This document shows, piece by piece, positions 11,732-25,110 of a DNA stretch of 64,000 nucleotides (position 1 is the stretch's first letter; every line of letters starts with the position of its first letter). Made by a program: the position numbers and the translations under genes. The notes under the pieces are model-generated. The model did not search any database, was not told the DNA's origin, and saw only the letters and a program-made list of their open reading frames with translations. Source of the DNA: Macrostomum lignano. Taxonomy: Eukaryota. The stretch lies in NCBI GenBank assembly GCA_002269645.1, contig NIVC01003519.1, forward strand, positions 29,601 to 93,600, written 5' to 3'.

Positions 11732-14700
11732 ATGCTGCAATTTCTTCGCTTGCAATGCTATCATTATCAAGCTCGTAGATTATTTGGAAATTTTGCTGGC
11801 AGAGGCAATGCTAAAAAGGTCCTGGCTATTCGACGAGAGACTATTAATCTGTGGGAGAGACGCGCTCCACTGTCGCCTAATCATGTTCGCAAACTAGTCA
11901 AAGAAGGCCTTAAAGTTATCGTTCAGCCTTCTAATCGACGAGCCTTTACGCATAATGTGAGTATATTTTTAAGCTTTTTATTTGCTACACTTTAAAGTCC
12001 TTCAGAAAATAATTATGAGTTTAAGTTTGGCTGTTTAATTTTTATTTTTCCTGCCCCCCCCCTCTAATACAGGAGTACCTTCAAGCAGGAGCCGTGATTC
12101 AAGAAGATTTATCGGAGGCACCCGTTATTATTGGTGTGAAATCGGTGCCATTGGATTATCAAAGTCTCATGCCAAATAAAACCTACGCATTCTTCTCGCA
12201 TACCATCAAGGCTCAAGAGGAGAACATGCCCCTGTTAGACACTTTACTAGAACGCAACGTTCGCTTATTAGACTACGAAAAAATGGTGAATCCCGGTGGC
12301 AAAAGAATAGTGGCTTTCGGAAAATATGCCGGCATAGTTGGTATGATCAACATTCTGAATGGATTGGGTATTCGATTGCTGGCACTAGGGCATCACACTC
12401 CTTTTATGGTAAGCCCCTTAGTTTTAGTTAACCTTGGGAAAAATGAGGTTTGTTATTTACATGTAGCCACGTGGTTTTTGCTTTCATTTTAATATCATTT
12501 TCAGCTGCTCACTCAGCACTCACTAGTCTCTTCTCTGCATGCCTTTATTTACATTTGTAAACATGTTTACGATTCGAATTTTTTTCTTTTGGATTTTCGT
12601 CTTCCTGGCTTCACAACAAGAAACTTTATTTTCTTTAGCCGCTAAGTGACCCGGCCTCGAGGCCCTCCTCAACCTGCTAAACGCGTCAAGGCCGCGCGCC
12701 ATTCATTCATACCCTTCACTCTCTACCCCTACCCCAGCGGCTCAAGAGGGTATTCAGGAGCACGCACATTAACTGTCCTAATGTACATTGAACCCCTCGC
12801 CCAGCCCCCCCCCCGATGATATGCCAATGTACATCTCGTTGCCCAAAGGACGAAGGAATGTGGGTGTGGCTTTGATGCTCTGACGGGCCGCAAGCGCCAG
12901 GTCACGTGATCATTTATTTAAAGTTTAGAATGGCACTTTATTTTATTATGGCTCGGGGCGGGGTTGCCGATCGTGGGCCGAGATACAGAGTGAAGAGAGG
13001 GAGAAGAGAGAGGTAAAATTGTGAATAGCAGCTTGAATAAAAAATGAGCCCATTCAAAAGCCACTCCTTTTCTAGTCTTCTTCAGTCAATTCAACCAGTT
13101 TTTAGTCTAAAATTCGTTGTGTTTCCTAAACAAGAAACAGTGTATAACAAGAGCCCAAGAGATTCTATTATTTAACTATTTAACTAGGCATCAAACTATT
13201 TATTTGTCCAAGACCTTCCCGCATACCCTGGTCCTTTTCATAACCTACTGCAGAGTGCAGTCTACCACTTACCAGCAAGTTGTATCTAGATATGCCATGC
13301 CTTGTAGCTACCCTTATACAATTGAATTCGCTACCTTCATTGGAGTTCTCAGACAAATGAGAAGTTATAGTTAAGTTAAATGAAGCTACTAGGCTAGAGC
13401 TATTGAGGTGGGGTTGTGGGTTCGTTTCATTTTCATTTTCTATTTTATTACTCAAACTTTCTGCTTGCGGCCTTCGTGTCTGAGGCAGTCGATTGCGCTA
13501 TCAAAGCAACCGAGAAGTTTCTTCTACGAGCTTAAGTATTTGCAGTTGCATTATTTTAAAAGTACAAGTCCAACTTTAGTATTAACATTCTCTCATGTAG
13601 CCATAGATAAATTGGAGTATTTCTTACCAACGTTAACTTATATTATAATGTCGGATATTATTCAGATTGACCTTAATTGTTAAAATAAATCTAAATCGAT
13701 TCAGTGGTTAACTATTGTACTTAATTTTTTTGATGGTAAAGGTTGAGAGGATAATGAAGTTTGAGGAAATGGAGTTTGGTGATATGAAGTGTGTGGGATA
13801 AGAAGACTCGGGGTATGAAGTTTAGAGAGTGAATTTTGGGGGTATGAAATTTGGGGGTATGAAGTTTGGGGTATGAAGTTTTGGGGGTATGGAGGTTGGA
13901 GGGATGTAAAAGTTTGAGGATATGAGTTTGGGGAATACAAAGTTGGGGTATGAAATTTGGGGGTATATAAGGTTTGGAGGGTATGAAATTTGAGGGTATT
14001 TAAGGTTTGGGGGTATGAATTTTGAGGGTATGAAGTTTGGGGGTATGGAGTTTTGGGGATATGAAGTTTGAGGATATGACGTCTAGGGTGTTTAAAGGTT
14101 GGGACATATGAAGTTTGGGCAATACGAAATTTGGGGGATATGAAGATTGGGGGATATGAATTTTGGGGGTAAAAATTTTGTGGATTAAAAAAGTTTAGTG
14201 ATTTTAGGGGTGTGTAATCTGCGGATTGAAAAAATTCCATTGACAAAGGTTTACTACTGCATTTACTTACAAGATGACGATGCATTTCCTGCTTAAATTG
14301 AAATACATTTTACTTCCGCCTTTTACTTAATATGTTGCACCAATCGACAGCACATCGGACCGGCGCACAACTATCGCAGTGTGGAAATGGCCAAACAGGC
14401 TGTCCGCGACACTGGCTACGAGATATCGTTAGGCAATTTGCCGAAATCAATCGGCAACATGGTTGTGGTGTTTACCGGTTCCGGTAATGTCAGTCAAGGC
14501 GCTCAGGATATCTTTCGCGAACTGCCATTCGAAATGGTGCAAGTTGATCATCTGCCAGATATTGTGAAGCACGGTTCCAGTTCAAAGATCTACGGTTGTG
14601 TTTGTAGTCGTTCGGATCATATTCGGCACCGCCAGACTGGCAAATTCGATCCCGAGGATTACGCTCAGAATCCTCAAAACTACATTAGCCTGTTCGCTAA

Positions 14701-17700
14701 AAAAGTGGCCCCATACGCTTCCGTGATCGTTAATGGCATCTACTGGGACCCGAAATTGCCCAGGCTGATTAGTGTGCCGGATGCTAAACTGCTGTTGAGG
14801 GAGCAGCAGGATCACAGTCCATGGCTTGAGTCTTCAGCTGGTAAGAAATCTGAAACTTGGTGTTAATATACTCACCGAACATGGAAACTGGGCGGTCACA
14901 ATTGAAGGTCTATCAGCCACTGCCCCCCCCCCCCTATGATCCATCAGCGACTGCCCCCACCATGATCCATCAGCGACTGCCCCCCCCCCTATAATCCATC
15001 AGCGACTGCCCCCCTATAATCCATCAGCGACTGCCCCCCCCCCTATAATCCATCAGCGACTGCCCCCCCTATTATCCATCAGCGACTGCCCCCCTATGAT
15101 CCACCAGGCACTGCCCCCCCCCCTATGATCCATCAGCCACTGCCCCCCCCTATGATCCATCAGCGACTGCCCCCACCATGATCCATCAGCGACTGCCCCC
15201 CCCCCTATAATCCATCAGCGACTGCCCCCCCTATAATCCATCAGCGACTGCCCCCCGGCCCCCCCTATGATCCACCAGGCACTGCCCCCCCCCCTATGAT
15301 CCATCAGCCACTGCCCCCCCCTATGATCCATCAGCCACTGTCCCCTTGTTCTATTATTGTAGACAAAATTTTTAAGAACATTTCATTTTTGTAGCAGGCG
15401 ATTTGTATTAAATTTAAATCACTTTAGCAGCAACTGAGCAAGTTTAAATTTAAACAGAAAAAATAGTTTTATATTCTGTTTACAGGTTGTCCCCAGCTGC
15501 CACATCGAATGCTGGCCATCTGCGACATCAGCTGCGATCCCGGAGGGTCAATAGAGTTCATGAAAGAGATCACCACAATTGATAAACCATTCTGTCTCTA
15601 TGATGCTGAACAGAATATGAGCTACGATCAGTGAGTGCCTATTATAGAAATGGCGATTTAAAAAATGAAGTTCTCAATACTCTAGTCACTGTGATCAGTA
15701 GTCTGAACTGTTGTCGTTTTTTAACAACCTTGCCTTGTTTTGACTAAAGCCTTCGAAGGAATCGCCCCTTAGGCTCCTTAAAGAATCGCCCCTAAGCCTC
15801 CTTAAAGAACCGCCCCTAAGCCTCCTTAAAGAATCGCCCCTAAGCCTCCTTAAAGAATCGCCCTTGAGCCTCCTTAAAGAATCGCCCTTAAGCCTCCTTA
15901 AAGAATCGCCCCTAAGCCTCCTTAAAGAATCGCCCTTAAGCCTCCTTAAAGAATCGCCTCTAAGCCTCCTTAAAGAATCGCCCTTAAGCCTCCTTAAAGA
16001 ATCGCCCTTAAGCCTCCTTAAAGAATCGCCCTTAAGCCTCCTTAAAGAATCGCCCTTGAGCCTCCTTAAAGAATCGCCCCTAAGGCTCCTTAAAGAATCG
16101 CCCCTAAGTCTCCTTAAAGAATCGCCCTTAAGCCTCCTTAAAGAATCGCCCCTAAGCCTCCTTAAAGAATCGCCCTTAAGCCTCCTTAAAGAATCGCCTC
16201 TAAGCCTCCTTAAAGAATCGCCCCTAAGCCTCCTTAAAGAATCGCCCTTAAGCCTCCTTAAAGAATCGCCCTTAAGCCTCCTTAAAGAATCGCCCTTAAG
16301 CCTCCTTAAAGAATCGCCCTTAAGCCTCCTTAAAGAATCGCCCTTGAGCCTCCTTAAAGAATCGCCCCTAAGGCTCCTTAAAGAATCGCCCCTAAGTCTC
16401 CTTAAAGAATCGCCCTTAAGCCTCCTTAAAGAATCGCCCCTAAGCCTCCTTAAAGAATCGCCCTTAAGCCTCCTTAAAGAATCGCCTCTAAGCCTCCTTA
16501 AAGAATCGCCCTTAAGCCTCCTTAAAGAATCGCCCCTAAGCCTCCTTAAAGAATCGCCCCTAAGCCTCCTTAAAGAATCGCCCTTGAGCCTCCTTAAAGA
16601 ATCGCCCTTAAGCCTCCTTAAAGAATCGCCCCTAAGCCTCCTTAAAGAATCGCCCTTAAGCCTCCTTAAAGAATCGCCCTTAAGCCTCCTTAAAGAATCG
16701 CCCTTAAGCCTCCTTAAAGAATCGCCCTTAAGCCTCCTTAAAGAATCGCCCCTAAGGCTCCTTAAAGAATCGCCCCTAAGTCTCCTTAAAGAATCGCCCC
16801 TAAGCCTCCCTAAAGAATCGCCCCTAAGCCTCCTTAAAAATTCGTTTCTAAGCCTCCTTAAAGAATCGCCCCTAAGCCTCCTTAAAGAATCGCCCTTGAG
16901 CCTCCTTAAAGAATCGCCCCTAAGCCTCCTTAAAGAATCGCCCCTAAGCCTCCTTAAAGAATCGCCCTTGAGCCTCCTTAAAGAATCGCCCTTAAGCCTC
17001 CTTAAAGAATCGCCCCTAAGCCTCCTTAAAGAATCGCCCTTAAGCCTCCTTAAAGAATCGCCCCTAAGCCTCCTTAAAGAATCGCCCTTGAGCCTCCTTA
17101 AAGAATCGCCCCTAAGGCTCCTTAAAGAATCGCCCCTAAGTCTCCTTAAAGAATCGCCCCTAAGCCTCCTTAAAGAATCGCCCTTGAGCCTCCTTAAAGA
17201 ATCGCCCCTAAGCCTCCTTAAAGAATCGCCCCTAAGCCTCCTTAAAAATTCGTTTCTAAGCCTCCTTAAAGAATCGCCCTTGAGCCTCCTTAAAGAATCG
17301 CCCCTAAGGCTCCTTAAAGAATCGCCCCTAAGTCTCCTTAAAGAATCGCCCTTAAGCCTCCTTAAAGAATCGCCCTTAAGCCTCCCTAAAGAATCGCCTC
17401 TAAGCCTCCTAAAGCATCGTCTCTAAGCCTACTAAATAATCGTCTCTAAGCCTCCTAAAGCATCGTCTCTAAGCCTACTAAATAATCGTCTCTAAGCCTC
17501 CTAAAGCATCGTCTCTAAGCCTCCTAAAGCATCGTCTCTAAGCCTCCTAAAGCATCGTCTCTAAGCCTCCTAAAGCATCGTCTCTAAGCCTCCTAAAGCA
17601 TCGTCTCTAAGCCTCCTAAAGCATCGTCTCTAAGCCTCCTAAAGCATCGTCTTTAAGCCTCCTAAAGCATCGTCTCTAAGCCTCCTAAAGCATCGTCTCT

Positions 17701-20700
17701 AAGCCTCCTAAAGCATCGTCTCTAAGCCTCCTAAAGCATCGTCTCTAAGCCTCCTAAAGCATCGTCTCTAAGCCTCCTAAAGCATCGTCTCTAAGCCTCC
17801 ATAAGAATCGACATTCACCCTTCCAGAGATGCATGTGGGAAAATTATAGAAAAAGATGGGTTTTTCTGTAAAAAAATTTTTCAGTTTCTCAGGCCCTGGC
17901 GTGATAATCTGCGCTGTGGACAACATGCCGGCTCAAATGCCCCGGGAGAGCACCGAGTTTTTCGGCTCGCTACTGATGCCATATGTCTACGATATTGTGA
18001 GTCTTTGGGGTAGACTCTAAATCCCCATTCCAGTAGTCTCCAATGGGATAATTGGGATCTCAGACTCTAAATCCCCATTCGAGTAGTCTCCAATGGGATA
18101 ATTGGGATCTCAGACTCCAAATCCCCATTCGAGTAGTCTCCAATGGGATAATTGGGATCTCAGACTCTAAATCCCCATTCGAGTAGTCTCCAATGGGATA
18201 ATTGGGATCTCAGATTCTAAATCCCCATAGTATAGTGTTTCGAAGTTCTTTTAAGGATATGCAATCAAAATCCTAATTCTCATTTCCAATTCAGATGTCT
18301 TCTGACGCCAAGCAGCCATTCGACAAATGGGAAGCTGATCCCATTGTCAAAAATGCCGTCATTACTTCTAACGGCTCTTTGACTCCGAATTTCGAGTACA
18401 TTGCCGAACTTCGCGACGCCAAGCGCAAGCAGTCGGCTGGCAGAGCTCGATCCAGACAGGCCGTGAAGCACCGGCTGCTGGTGCTGGGCTCGGGGCATGT
18501 GGCTGGTCCGCTGGTGGAGTATCTGCAGAGGGATGCGAGCTTGCAGATCACCATTGGTGAGTGCACTGACTGACTGACTGACTGACTGACTGACTGACTG
18601 ACTGACTGACTGACTGACTGACTGACTGACTGACTGACTGACTGACTGACTGACTGACTGACTGACTGACTGACTTGAGTGAGTGGGTGACTCACTGACT
18701 GACTGACTGACTGACTGACTGACTGACTGACTGACTGACTGACTGACTGACTGACTGACTGACTGACTGACTGACTGACTGACTGACTGACTGACTGACT
18801 GACTGACTGACTGACTGACTGACTGACTGACTGACTGACTGACTGACTGACTGACTGACTGACTGACTGACTGACTGACTGACTGACTGACTGACTGACT
18901 GACTGACTGACTGACTGACTGACTGACTGACTGACTGACTGACTGACTGACTGACTGACTGACTGACTGACTGACTGACTGACTGACTGACTGACTGACT
19001 GACTGACTGACTGACTGACTGACTGACTGACTGACTGACTGACTGACTGACTGACTGACTGACTGACTGACTGACTGACTGACTGACTGACTGACTGACT
19101 TGAGTGAGTGGGTGACTCACTGACTGACTGACTCACTGACTCACTGACTGACTCACTGACTGACTCACTGACTGACTCACTGACTGACTGACTCACTGAC
19201 TCACTTACTGACCATAATGACAGGCCAACTCGATCCAAACAACTGCTTTTAAACGGAGTTTCCCTCATTTAACTTGCCATTTCCTTTCCTTCCTCAGCCT
19301 CCAACATCCGTCCAGACGTGGAGTCGATGGCATCCAAGTACAACTGTCAGCCCGTATTCGCGGACGTGAGCAGTCAGCCGGACGTGATCGAAGGTCTCAT
19401 AGCGGATCACAGCCTAGTGGTGAGCCTGCTACCCTACAGATTTCATCCGAGGGTGTTGAAGATGTGCCTGCGAGCGAGGCGCAATCTAGTCACGGCCTCC
19501 TATGCCACCGACGAGATGCGGGAGCTGAGCAAAGAGGCCAAGGAGGTCGGCATAACGGTGTCCATGGAGAATGGGTTGGATCCCGGCATTGATCACCTGC
19601 TGGCTATGGAAGCTATCGAGTCTATTAAAGAGCACGGCGGAATTATTGACAAGTGAGTCCGTGCTCAGATATATGCCTAGGCACAGTATACCCGGTCGTA
19701 ATTATCCCCGATAAAAGTATCCCCCATAAACATATCCTCCATACCCGAAAAATATGTATAATGGAATATCCTCATTATAACATTAATATTACTTTTTGCA
19801 GAGCATCAATGTAGAATTTTATGAGGGCGCTTACGGAGCAGCTTACGCGCCCTCACAAAATTCTACATTGATGCCCCGCAAAAAGTAATGTTTATATTAT
19901 TGTCATTAATGCAAGAGATTTCCGGGCATCAATGTCGAAAATTCCGGGCTCTGTGTTATTACATAGAATGCAGTTGAAATGTCTATGGCCATTCTTTCTT
20001 TTGATTTGCGAGCTCTGGGCCATAGACGAAGTTTTGATGGTCCAGGTCTAGAGATGGACAGTAAAACTGAAGGAGCTAGAAAAATGCTAAATGTATTTTT
20101 TTCAAATCTGTCAGGACTAAGCTTGAGTTCTGAAAATGATTAACCGTTTAATTAATTATTCCAATCTGCCGGGAGAAATGGTTTCCGGTATGTCGACCGA
20201 AGAGCTGGCGCGTGGGTATCATCCGAGTCGAACAGCCGGTATTTGGAGGAACTGAGCGAAGAATTTGCGCGCAAGATCGAATCAGAAGAGATTCTCGAAG
20301 GAGGACGTGATGCAAGAGTTGAATCAGCTTGAACGAGATGGAATACCGGACTCCTCCGCCCGGCAGATGGAGGACAATGTGAGCCGCTTCAAGACTTTTC
20401 TGGAAGAAATGAAACTGTCAACGGATCTGCTGCGAATTCCAAAGTCGATTCTGGCTAATTATTTGCGTTTCTTCTATTCGACACTGCGAACAAAGGACGA
20501 GCGGTACTATGCTCCAGCAAGTCTCATCTGCATTAGAGCCGGACTGTATCGCTTCTTCTGTCTCAGTCGCCCAGAGATTAACATTAACATTAACTTCTGC
20601 TGTTATTTGTTTGCCTCTGTTTCACACTGTTATTCTATTTCGCTCTATTACTGAAATAGAAAATACCATAGACAATTCAAGGCACGAATTGCCACATTGA

Positions 20701-23115
20701 CGCCCGGAAAAGGGACGCTTAAGCCCGCAAAAGTTAATGACAATAACAATACCGCCATCAAAAGTATCCCCTATTAATCATATATCCATTATAAATAGCC
20801 CTAATAAAAATATCCCTTACTAATAATATCCCCATTATCAATATCCCCAAAAAATGCCCTTACTAATAATATCCCCATTATCAATATCCCCAAAAAATGC
20901 CCTTACTAATAATATCCCCATTATAAACATCCCCAATAAAAATATCCCCAATAAAAATGCCTTTACTAATAATATCCCAAATAAAAATACCCCCCCCTAC
21001 TAATATTATCCCCATAATAAATATCCCCTTTAAAAGCATCCCCACGCAAAATATGCCCACCCAGATTCATCAGTTACTGCGGCGGGCTGCCGGCACCGCA
21101 GCACAGCACGAACCCACTGCGCTACAAGTTCAGCTGGAGCCCGAGGGCGCTCTGCTATCCACACTGAACGCTTCTCGCTACTTGAAGTCCGGCAAAATTG
21201 TTGAAATACCCCGCGGCGGTCACCTGATGCTGGCTGCTCAGGACATCGAGTACTTTCCCGGCTTCAATCTGGAAGGCTATCCCAACAGAGACAGCCTGCA
21301 CTACCGGGATCTGTACGGGATCGAGTCCGCCCAGACCCTGCTCAGGGGGACGCTCAGGTATCGGGGCTACTCCAACGCAGCCTGGGGACTCATCCAGCTT
21401 GGCCTACTGTCGGAAACTCCGCACGCCAGTCTGCATCCGGAAGGCCCAGACATCACCTGGAAACAGTTGCTATGCCAACTGCTCGGCAAACCTAGGGATA
21501 TTTTTGTTGGCACGCTTAAAGACGCCGTGTTTGCTAAAGTGGGCCGGGACAGGGAGAAGTTCCAGTGCATTGAGGAGCTCGGGCTGTTCGAGGATAAGCC
21601 TATTGAGAAGAGGCACACGCCTTTGAGTAGTATCAGCTGCATGCTGGCTGAAAAGCTGAAGTACAGTGAGTGCATGATGTACTTTTCTATTTTCAACTAT
21701 TGATCTTAGAATCTTAATCATTTGATGTTTTAGCCCTGATCCAGGAATCCTCAAATCTAATACTTCGATCCCCAATCCTAATCTCTTGATTCTAAAATCC
21801 CAATATCTAGATCTCTAATCCCAATAAACAGATCCCTAATCCTAATATCTAGATCCCTAATCCCAATATCTAGATCCCTAATCCTAATATCTAGATCCCT
21901 AATCCCAATATCTAGATCCCTAATCCCAACATCTAGATCTCTATTCATGCATGTATGTCTCAATCCCCAGACCTAGATCCCCAATCCCAATCCAATCACC
22001 TGTGAAATCATTCAGTACTGCTACTGCATCTAAAACTAAAAATCCGTCCATCCCCCCACAGAGCCAGACGAGACGGACGTGATCATAATGGTGCTGGATT
22101 TGTCGTGCCGGTTCCCCAACGGCACCCGGGAGAATCACGTGATCAGCCTGGTGAAGTACGGCGATCCTAAGGGCTATTCGGCAATGTCCCTCACCGTTGG
22201 CTATCAAACAGCTATCGCCGCCAAAATGCTGCTTGATGGTGAGTCTTGGAATGAGAATTTCAATGGAATGAGTCTGGGGAATGCTGCAAATGGATTGATG
22301 TGTCAGTGAATAGAACTGCTGTGTCACTGAATATAGCTGATGTGTCAGTGAATATAACTGATGTGTCAGTGAATAGAACTGCTGTGTCACTGAATATAAC
22401 TGATGTATCAGTGAATTTAACTGATGTGTCAGTGAATAGAACTGATGTGTCAGTGAATAGAACTGATGTGTCAGTGAATGGAACTGATGTGTCAGTGAAT
22501 AGAACTGATGTGTCAGTGAATAGAACTGATGTGTCAGTGAATAGAACTGATGTGTCAGTGAATGGAACTGATGTGTCAGTGAATAGAACTGCTGTGTCAC
22601 TGAATATAACTGATGTATCAGTGAATTTAACTGATGTGTCAGTGAATAGAACTGATGTGTCAGTGAATAGAACTGATGTGTCAGTGAATGGAACTGATGT
22701 GTCAGTGAATAGAACTGATGTGTCAGTGAATGGAACTGATGTGTCAGTGAATGGAACTGATGTGTCAGTGAATAGAACTGATGTGTCAGTGAATAGAACT
22801 GATGTGTCAGTGAATAGAACTGATGTGTCAGTGAATAGAACTGATGTGTCAGTGAATAGAACTGATGTGTCAGTGAATAGAACTGATGTGTCAGTGAATG
22901 GAACTGATGTGTCAGTGAATAGAACTGATGTGTCAGTGAATGGAACTGATGTGTCACTGGGTGACTCAAGCGAAGCCCGCTGTCATCTTTCAGAAGAGAT
23001 CCAAGACCGCGGTCTCGTGCTGCCGCTGTCAATGAACATCTACCGACCAATATTGAAGCGACTCAAAGCTGAAGGCATCTCAGCCGTCGCCAAGACAACC
23101 GAAATTGAAGGCTGA
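11732..23115 (+). CDS. AASS: Alpha-aminoadipic semialdehyde synthase (bifunctional lysine-ketoglutarate reductase/saccharopine dehydrogenase), mitochondrial
   Basis: Exons 11732-11956, 12073-12408, 14351-14840, 15486-15630, 17885-17996, 18295-18556, 19298-19652, 21065-21665, 22062-22238, 22994-23115. Motifs [116 protein letters not shown]. The N-terminus looks like a mitochondrial presequence. Spliced length is 2,825 nt (one base short of frame; ~941 aa when corrected), with a -1 shift at ~21140. Confidence 0.95.
13735..14175. repeat. Degenerate ~15-bp G-rich tandem repeat (GGGGTATGAAGTTT)
   Basis: Direct inspection; AASS intron 2. Confidence 0.8.
14918..15345. repeat. ~26-30-bp minisatellite (ATCCATCAGCGACTG-polyC-TAT)
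   Basis: Direct inspection; variable C-run; AASS intron 3. Confidence 0.9.
15748..17800. repeat. 24-bp satellite (AAGCCTCCTTAAAGAATCGCCCCT) changing to a 23-bp variant (AAGCCTCCTAAAGCATCGTCTCT) after ~17400
   Basis: Direct inspection; ~2 kb in AASS intron 4; source of the 520-aa [11 protein letters not shown]. Confidence 0.97.
18011..18228. repeat. 50-bp tandem repeat x~4
   Basis: Unit CAGACTCTAAATCCCCATTCGAGTAGTCTCCAATGGGATAATTGGGATCT fills most of AASS intron 5. Confidence 0.92.
18566..19212. repeat. (GACT)n microsatellite
   Basis: Direct inspection; AASS intron 6. Confidence 0.97.
19789..20746 (+). mobile_element. Crypton-like (DUF3504/tyrosine-recombinase) element relic, N-terminal coding part, with hairpin and inverted repeats
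   Basis: ORF 20265-20654 contains RFSKEDV...IPDSSARQ...FKTFL...[36 protein letters not shown]. This resembles the N-terminal core-binding region of Crypton recombinases and their domesticated relatives (KCTD1/QRICH1/ZMYM type). It is flanked by a 42-bp stem-loop (19789-19888) and inverted repeats (19897-19935 vs 20694-20746), and interrupts an ATATCCCC repeat in AASS intron 7. Confidence 0.65.
20760..21055. repeat. Degenerate AATATCCCC-type repeat
   Basis: Similar units also at ~19700-19775, on the other side of the Crypton-like insertion. Confidence 0.75.
21720..21990. repeat. 21-bp minisatellite (TAATCCCAATATCTAGATCCC)
   Basis: Direct inspection; AASS intron 8. Confidence 0.85.
22296..22960. 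repeat. 21-bp minisatellite (TGATGTGTCAGTGAATAGAAC)
   Basis: Direct inspection; AASS intron 9. Confidence 0.95.
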
Positions 23116-23814
23116 CGAGCTAGCTGTGCTAATTTATATTGCTGTGATGTAAATGTCAAGGATCCTAACGTAGGAAAAAGAAAGTTCTTTTACCTCTGTT
23201 ATAATCTGTTTTTTGCACTTGCTTCAGAAAAGAAAGAACTTTTTCTTAGTACAATATTGTACTTTACTAGAAGCATATCGTTTGTTTACTATTTTATAAT
23301 CTCTCCAGGTAAACAATACATACTTTCAAACTTCTCACTTAAAGTCTCATTATTTATTTCAATTTTTATTTACAGATTTTATTTATACTATTTTTAAATT
23401 CGCTCTACTCACTCCAGTAGTATGTTGCGACTGCGAATTTAAAATTTATATGGAGTATTTTTATGCTTATATCAGTAACTCGTTTTTGAAAAATGCCAAA
23501 AATTGCTTTGTTTTTATTTCATTCCTTTCTTTGCAAATGCATTAATTAATATATATTTTGTGATTAAATAATTTCATACGATCTCCGCTACTTTCAGTAA
23601 GCTATGTAGTTAATTAACGAAAACATTGCAGCTGTGACAGAAAATATACGAACTGTGCAGACTATCACAAATTTTTTATTTACGAGTATTTGTATGTTCT
23701 GATATTTATAAAGCCAGGCGTAACTTCTTAATAAATTTAATTATTGGCTTTTATAATCAGTCATGAGTCACTGTCTCAGCCCCACCTCCACGTTTTGAGA
23801 GTCAACTCCAGGGT

Positions 23815-24015
23815 CTCTGCCCTCTGCACTCTATAACCCATCCTCTCTGCACTCTATTATCAGCCCTCTCTGCACTCTATAACCCACCCTCTCTGCACTC
23901 TATAACCCACCCTCTCTGCACTCTATAACCCACCCTCTCTGCACTCTATAACCCACCCTCTCTGCACTCTATTATCAGCCCTCTCTGCACTCTATAATCC
24001 ACCCTCTCTGCACTT
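23815..24015. repeat. ~23-bp minisatellite (CCACCCTCTCTGCACTCTATAAC)
   Basis: Direct inspection. Confidence 0.9.
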
Positions 24016-24039
24016 TATAATCCAGAACCAACCCCTATT

Positions 24040-24520
24040 ATCCATGGCCCACTGAGGGGCGGTGCAAAACAAACCCCCGTTTTCCATGGCCCACTGAGCT
24101 AGGGGCGGTGCAAAACCAACCCCCGTTTTCCATGGCCCACTGAGGGGCGGTGCAAAACCAACCCCCGTTTTATATGGCCTACTGAGGGGCGGTGCAAAAC
24201 CAGCCCCCGTTTTCCATAGCCCACTGAGGGGCGGTGCAAAACCAGCCCCCGTTTTCCATAGCCCACTGAGGGGCGGTGCAAAACCAGCCCCCGTTTTATA
24301 TGGCCCACTGAGGGGCGGTGCAAAACCAGCCCCCGTTTTCCATAGCCCACTGAGGGGTGGTGCAAAACCAACTCCCGTTTTTTATGGCCCACTGAGGGGC
24401 GGTGCAAAACCAACCCCCGTTTTCCATGGCCCACTGAGGGGCGCTGGAGAACCAACTCCCGTTTTATATGGCCCACTTAGTGGTGGTGCAGAATCAACCC
24501 TAATTTTTCATGCCCCACTG
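24040..24520. repeat. ~39-42-bp minisatellite (GGCCCACTGAGGGGCGGTGCAAAACCAACCCCCGTTTTCCAT)
   Basis: Direct inspection; ~11 units. Confidence 0.92.
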
Positions 24521-25110
24521 AGGTTATACCATACACACATTCTTAATAACTGATTGCTTGGGTACAAACAAAGAAACAAACAAACAAGCAAAACTTGCAG
24601 ACAAACCCTCCTTACTTCTGTCTGTGGTATTATTAAAGTATTCTCCACTGCTTAGGCTGACCTAGCCGAAATTGAGAACTGTAATTGTAAGCACTGCTTT
24701 AGTTGCGCTATCTCTGCACTGACACTTAAAAACAGGGCAGAAAAAAGATAATATTGCTCTCTGAGCAGAGACTGCACAATCCGACGGTTACTTCAGATGG
24801 GCGCTAGAAAGCAGGTGAGCCCGCGTGCGCGCGTTGACGCCACCTGTCGCACCCTTTATACAATGCAGCTACTCCTATTGCAGAGAGAGAGACTCGCATA
24901 GTTTCACTTTGAAATAAACGACATCTCTAACCCAAATGTACAGTCATCAAACCCTGCAACCGAGGAATGAAAGCGAAACTGGGCAATGTTTGAAAATAAG
25001 CGCTACTTTTGGTGTATTTAAACTCGCGTTTTCATCTTAGGCGAATTTCTTTATCTGAAATATATTGAGGCAAGCAAATGCTATACATATAAACTAAGAC
25101 AGATACAGTA

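Noticed and set aside
12500-13400. Possible retroelement fragment in AASS intron 2 (ORFs 13117-13374 and 13180-13455)
   Set aside because: No recognisable RT, integrase or SINE motif and no second copy in the window.
15864-17426. 520-aa ORF (SLLKESPL)n
   Set aside because: A 24-bp stop-free satellite lying inside AASS intron 4; no unique sequence or coding context.
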